A DNA stretch of 64,000 bases from Prevotella sp. UBA5387 (GTDB lineage: Bacteria > Bacteroidota > Bacteroidia > Bacteroidales > Bacteroidaceae): assembly GCA_002407775.1 (NCBI GenBank), contig DHOP01000009.1:16457-80456 (forward strand). The letters are read 5' to 3'. Position numbers and translations under genes: made by a program. Below, piece by piece: positions 62,088 to 64,000 of this stretch; position 1 is the stretch's first letter; each line of letters starts with the position of its first letter. Below the pieces are notes generated by a model. That model saw only the letters and a list, made by a program, of their open reading frames with translations, was not told the DNA's origin and did no database searches.

Positions 62088-63917
62088 ATGAAGGAATTCT
62101 TTCAGGTCTTGCGGAGATTTCTCCCTCCCTATAAGAAGTATTTAGCATTATCCATCGTGTTCAATATCTTGTCTGCGGTATTGAACATTTTTTCTTTTGC
62201 GGCAATTATCCCCATCCTACAGATTCTCTTTAAATCGGGTGGACAACAAGTCGCCACTCAAATGATGATGTTGGGTGACGGTGATATAAAGGAGGTGCTC
62301 AGCAACGATGCCAACTACCTTGTCCAACAATTGATCGGCAACTATGGTGCAACAACCACACTGCTATTCATCGGCCTTTTTCTTGCCTTCATGACCTTTT
62401 TGAAGACTGGAGCCTACTTCCTTAGTTCGGCAACGGTGATTCCTATACGCACTGGCGTAGTAAGAGATATCCGCAACCAACTCTATCAGAAGATCACTTC
62501 GCTTCACCTAGGCTTCTTTAGCGAGGAGAGAAAGGGTGATATTATTGCCAGAATGAGTGGCGATGTGCAGGAAGTCGAGAACAGCATCATGGCATCGTTG
62601 GATATGCTCTTCAAGAATCCTGTGCTCATTGTGGCCTACTTCGCCACCTTGATTGTCATATCGTGGCAGCTCACAGTCTTCACCATCGTCTTCGTTCCAA
62701 TCTTCGGTTGGTTCATGGGATATGTAGGGCGAAAGCTTAAACAGAATAGTTTGAAGGCTCAAAGCCTTTGGAGCGACACCATGAGTCAGGTCGAAGAAAC
62801 ACTAGGTGGACTGCGCATCATCAAGGCATTCAATGCTGAAAACAAGATGAACGCCCGCTTCAACAAAATCAACATGGACTACCGCGACAACATCATGCGC
62901 GTGAATGTCCGCCAGCAACTTGCCCACCCCATGAGCGAATTTCTCGGCACTGTTATGATTGTCATCGTGTTATGGTTTGGTGGAACACTCGTTCTTAATA
63001 GCCATACGTTAAGCGGTCCCACTTTCATCTATTACTTGGTAATGCTCTATAGCATCATCAACCCCCTCAAAGAGTTCTCCAAGGCAGGATACAACATTCC
63101 CAAGGGACTGGCATCCATGGAGCGCATTGATAAAATATTGCAAGCCGAAGTGGAAATCAAGGAGCCTGAACACCCTACGCATATCAGCAGCTTTGAGCAC
63201 CAGATCGAATTCCGCAATGTTTCCTTCAAGTATGGAGAGCAGTGGGTACTGAAGAACATTTCTCTTGTTGTGCCCAAGGGAAAGACCGTGGCACTCGTGG
63301 GGCAGAGCGGTAGTGGAAAGTCGACTTTGGTCGACCTGATACCTCGTTACTATGACGTGCAGGAGGGAGAGGTGCTCATAGACGGCATAAACGTCAAGAA
63401 TTTGGGGCTCCACGACTTACGGCAACTCATAGGAAACGTGAATCAGGAGGCCATTCTCTTTAACAACACGTTTTACAACAACATTACTTTTGGGGTTGAG
63501 AATGCCACGAAAGAGGATGTGGTTCGTGCGGCGAAAATAGCCAACGCCTATGATTTCATCAATGAATCCGAACAAGGTTTCGACACCAATATCGGTGATC
63601 GTGGAGGCCGCCTCTCCGGCGGACAGCGTCAGCGTGTGTCGATTGCCCGTGCCATCTTGAAGAATCCTCCTATCCTTATCCTTGACGAGGCAACTTCAGC
63701 GCTTGACACCGAGAGCGAAAGACTGGTGCAAGATGCCCTGACTAAGCTGATGAAGACACGTACTACCGTAGCAATCGCCCATAGACTATCTACTATCCGC
63801 AACTCGGATGAAATTTGCGTGCTTCATGAAGGACAAATTGTGGAGCGTGGGACACATGAAGACTTGATGCAGATGGACGGTTATTATAAGCGCCTACACG
63901 ATATGCAGGAAATATAA
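62088..63917 (+). CDS. ABC transporter, fused permease/ATPase (MsbA-like lipid/drug exporter)
   Basis: 609 aa. Six-TM N-terminal half. Walker A GQSGSGKST, signature LSGGQRQR, Walker B ILILDEATSALD. Confidence 0.85.
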   Translation: MKEFFQVLRRFLPPYKKYLALSIVFNILSAVLNIFSFAAIIPILQILFKSGGQQVATQMMMLGDGDIKEVLSNDANYLVQQLIGNYGATTTLLFIGLFLAFMTFLKTGAYFLSSATVIPIRTGVVRDIRNQLYQKITSLHLGFFSEERKGDIIARMSGDVQEVENSIMASLDMLFKNPVLIVAYFATLIVISWQLTVFTIVFVPIFGWFMGYVGRKLKQNSLKAQSLWSDTMSQVEETLGGLRIIKAFNAENKMNARFNKINMDYRDNIMRVNVRQQLAHPMSEFLGTVMIVIVLWFGGTLVLNSHTLSGPTFIYYLVMLYSIINPLKEFSKAGYNIPKGLASMERIDKILQAEVEIKEPEHPTHISSFEHQIEFRNVSFKYGEQWVLKNISLVVPKGKTVALVGQSGSGKSTLVDLIPRYYDVQEGEVLIDGINVKNLGLHDLRQLIGNVNQEAILFNNTFYNNITFGVENATKEDVVRAAKIANAYDFINESEQGFDTNIGDRGGRLSGGQRQRVSIARAILKNPPILILDEATSALDTESERLVQDALTKLMKTRTTVAIAHRLSTIRNSDEICVLHEGQIVERGTHEDLMQMDGYYKRLHDMQEI

Positions 63918-64000
63918 GAAATATGAAAAATCAGAAATTCAATAAAGCCTTAGCTTCTCCATATGGACCGTTTATAGCTATGGCGCTGAATATCTTGATG

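Noticed and set aside
63923-64000. Possible start of a further plus-strand gene (MKNQKFNKALASPYGPFIAMALNILM...) at the window edge
   Set aside because: Only 26 codons are visible. There is no recognisable motif, so it was not reported as a feature.
1-64000. Prophage, integrative element, IS element or genomic-island boundaries (integrase, transposase, tRNA attachment site)
   Set aside because: No integrase, transposase or recombinase-like ORF and no tRNA gene were recognised anywhere in the window. The accessory-looking loci (PULs, glycan-decoration operons) appear chromosomally embedded.

Overview
This is a chromosomal segment from a Bacteroidota genome, most likely Prevotella/Segatella-like. 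That placement is inferred from SusC/SusD loci, four proteins with T9SS C-terminal sorting domains and recurrent TAnnTTTG -7 promoter boxes; no database search was possible. No rRNA, tRNA, CRISPR array, integrase or transposase was seen. Gene content, left to right: (1) the end of one polysaccharide utilisation locus (PUL), a SusC/SusD pair. (2) A single ORF fusing lipoate-protein ligase to lipoyl synthase. (3) A beta-barrel outer membrane protein (OMP). (4) A J-domain plus HIRAN-domain gene pair. (5) A complete starch/alpha-glucan PUL: DUF6377-type regulator, SusC, SusD, a lipoprotein with three CBM26-like repeats, a small T9SS cargo protein and a GH13 amylase. (6) An 8-gene minus-strand envelope-glycan decoration operon: AP-superfamily transferase, two acyltransferase-3 genes, a polyprenyl-phosphate phosphoribosyltransferase of the UbiA family, a HAD phosphatase, GtrA and two paralogous polytopic GT-C-like proteins. 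(7) A housekeeping block: nadD, gmk, yicC, tsaB, murA, rimM, dxr, rseP, fabI, dapB, lepB, a deaD-like helicase, miaB and an msbA-like transporter. (8) A PCMD-lipoprotein/OMP/T9SS-cargo operon. (9) A PL11 rhamnogalacturonan lyase. (10) A PorZ-like/GT-C/GT2 operon. The most striking feature not explained by genes is a dispersed family of five intergenic arrays. Each has 4-5 tandem copies of a 19-bp near-palindrome (consensus GTGAWTCAATTTGAWTCAC) at an exact 22-bp period, with conserved polar edges. Two copies bracket the starch PUL, and one abuts a truncated GT-C gene remnant.
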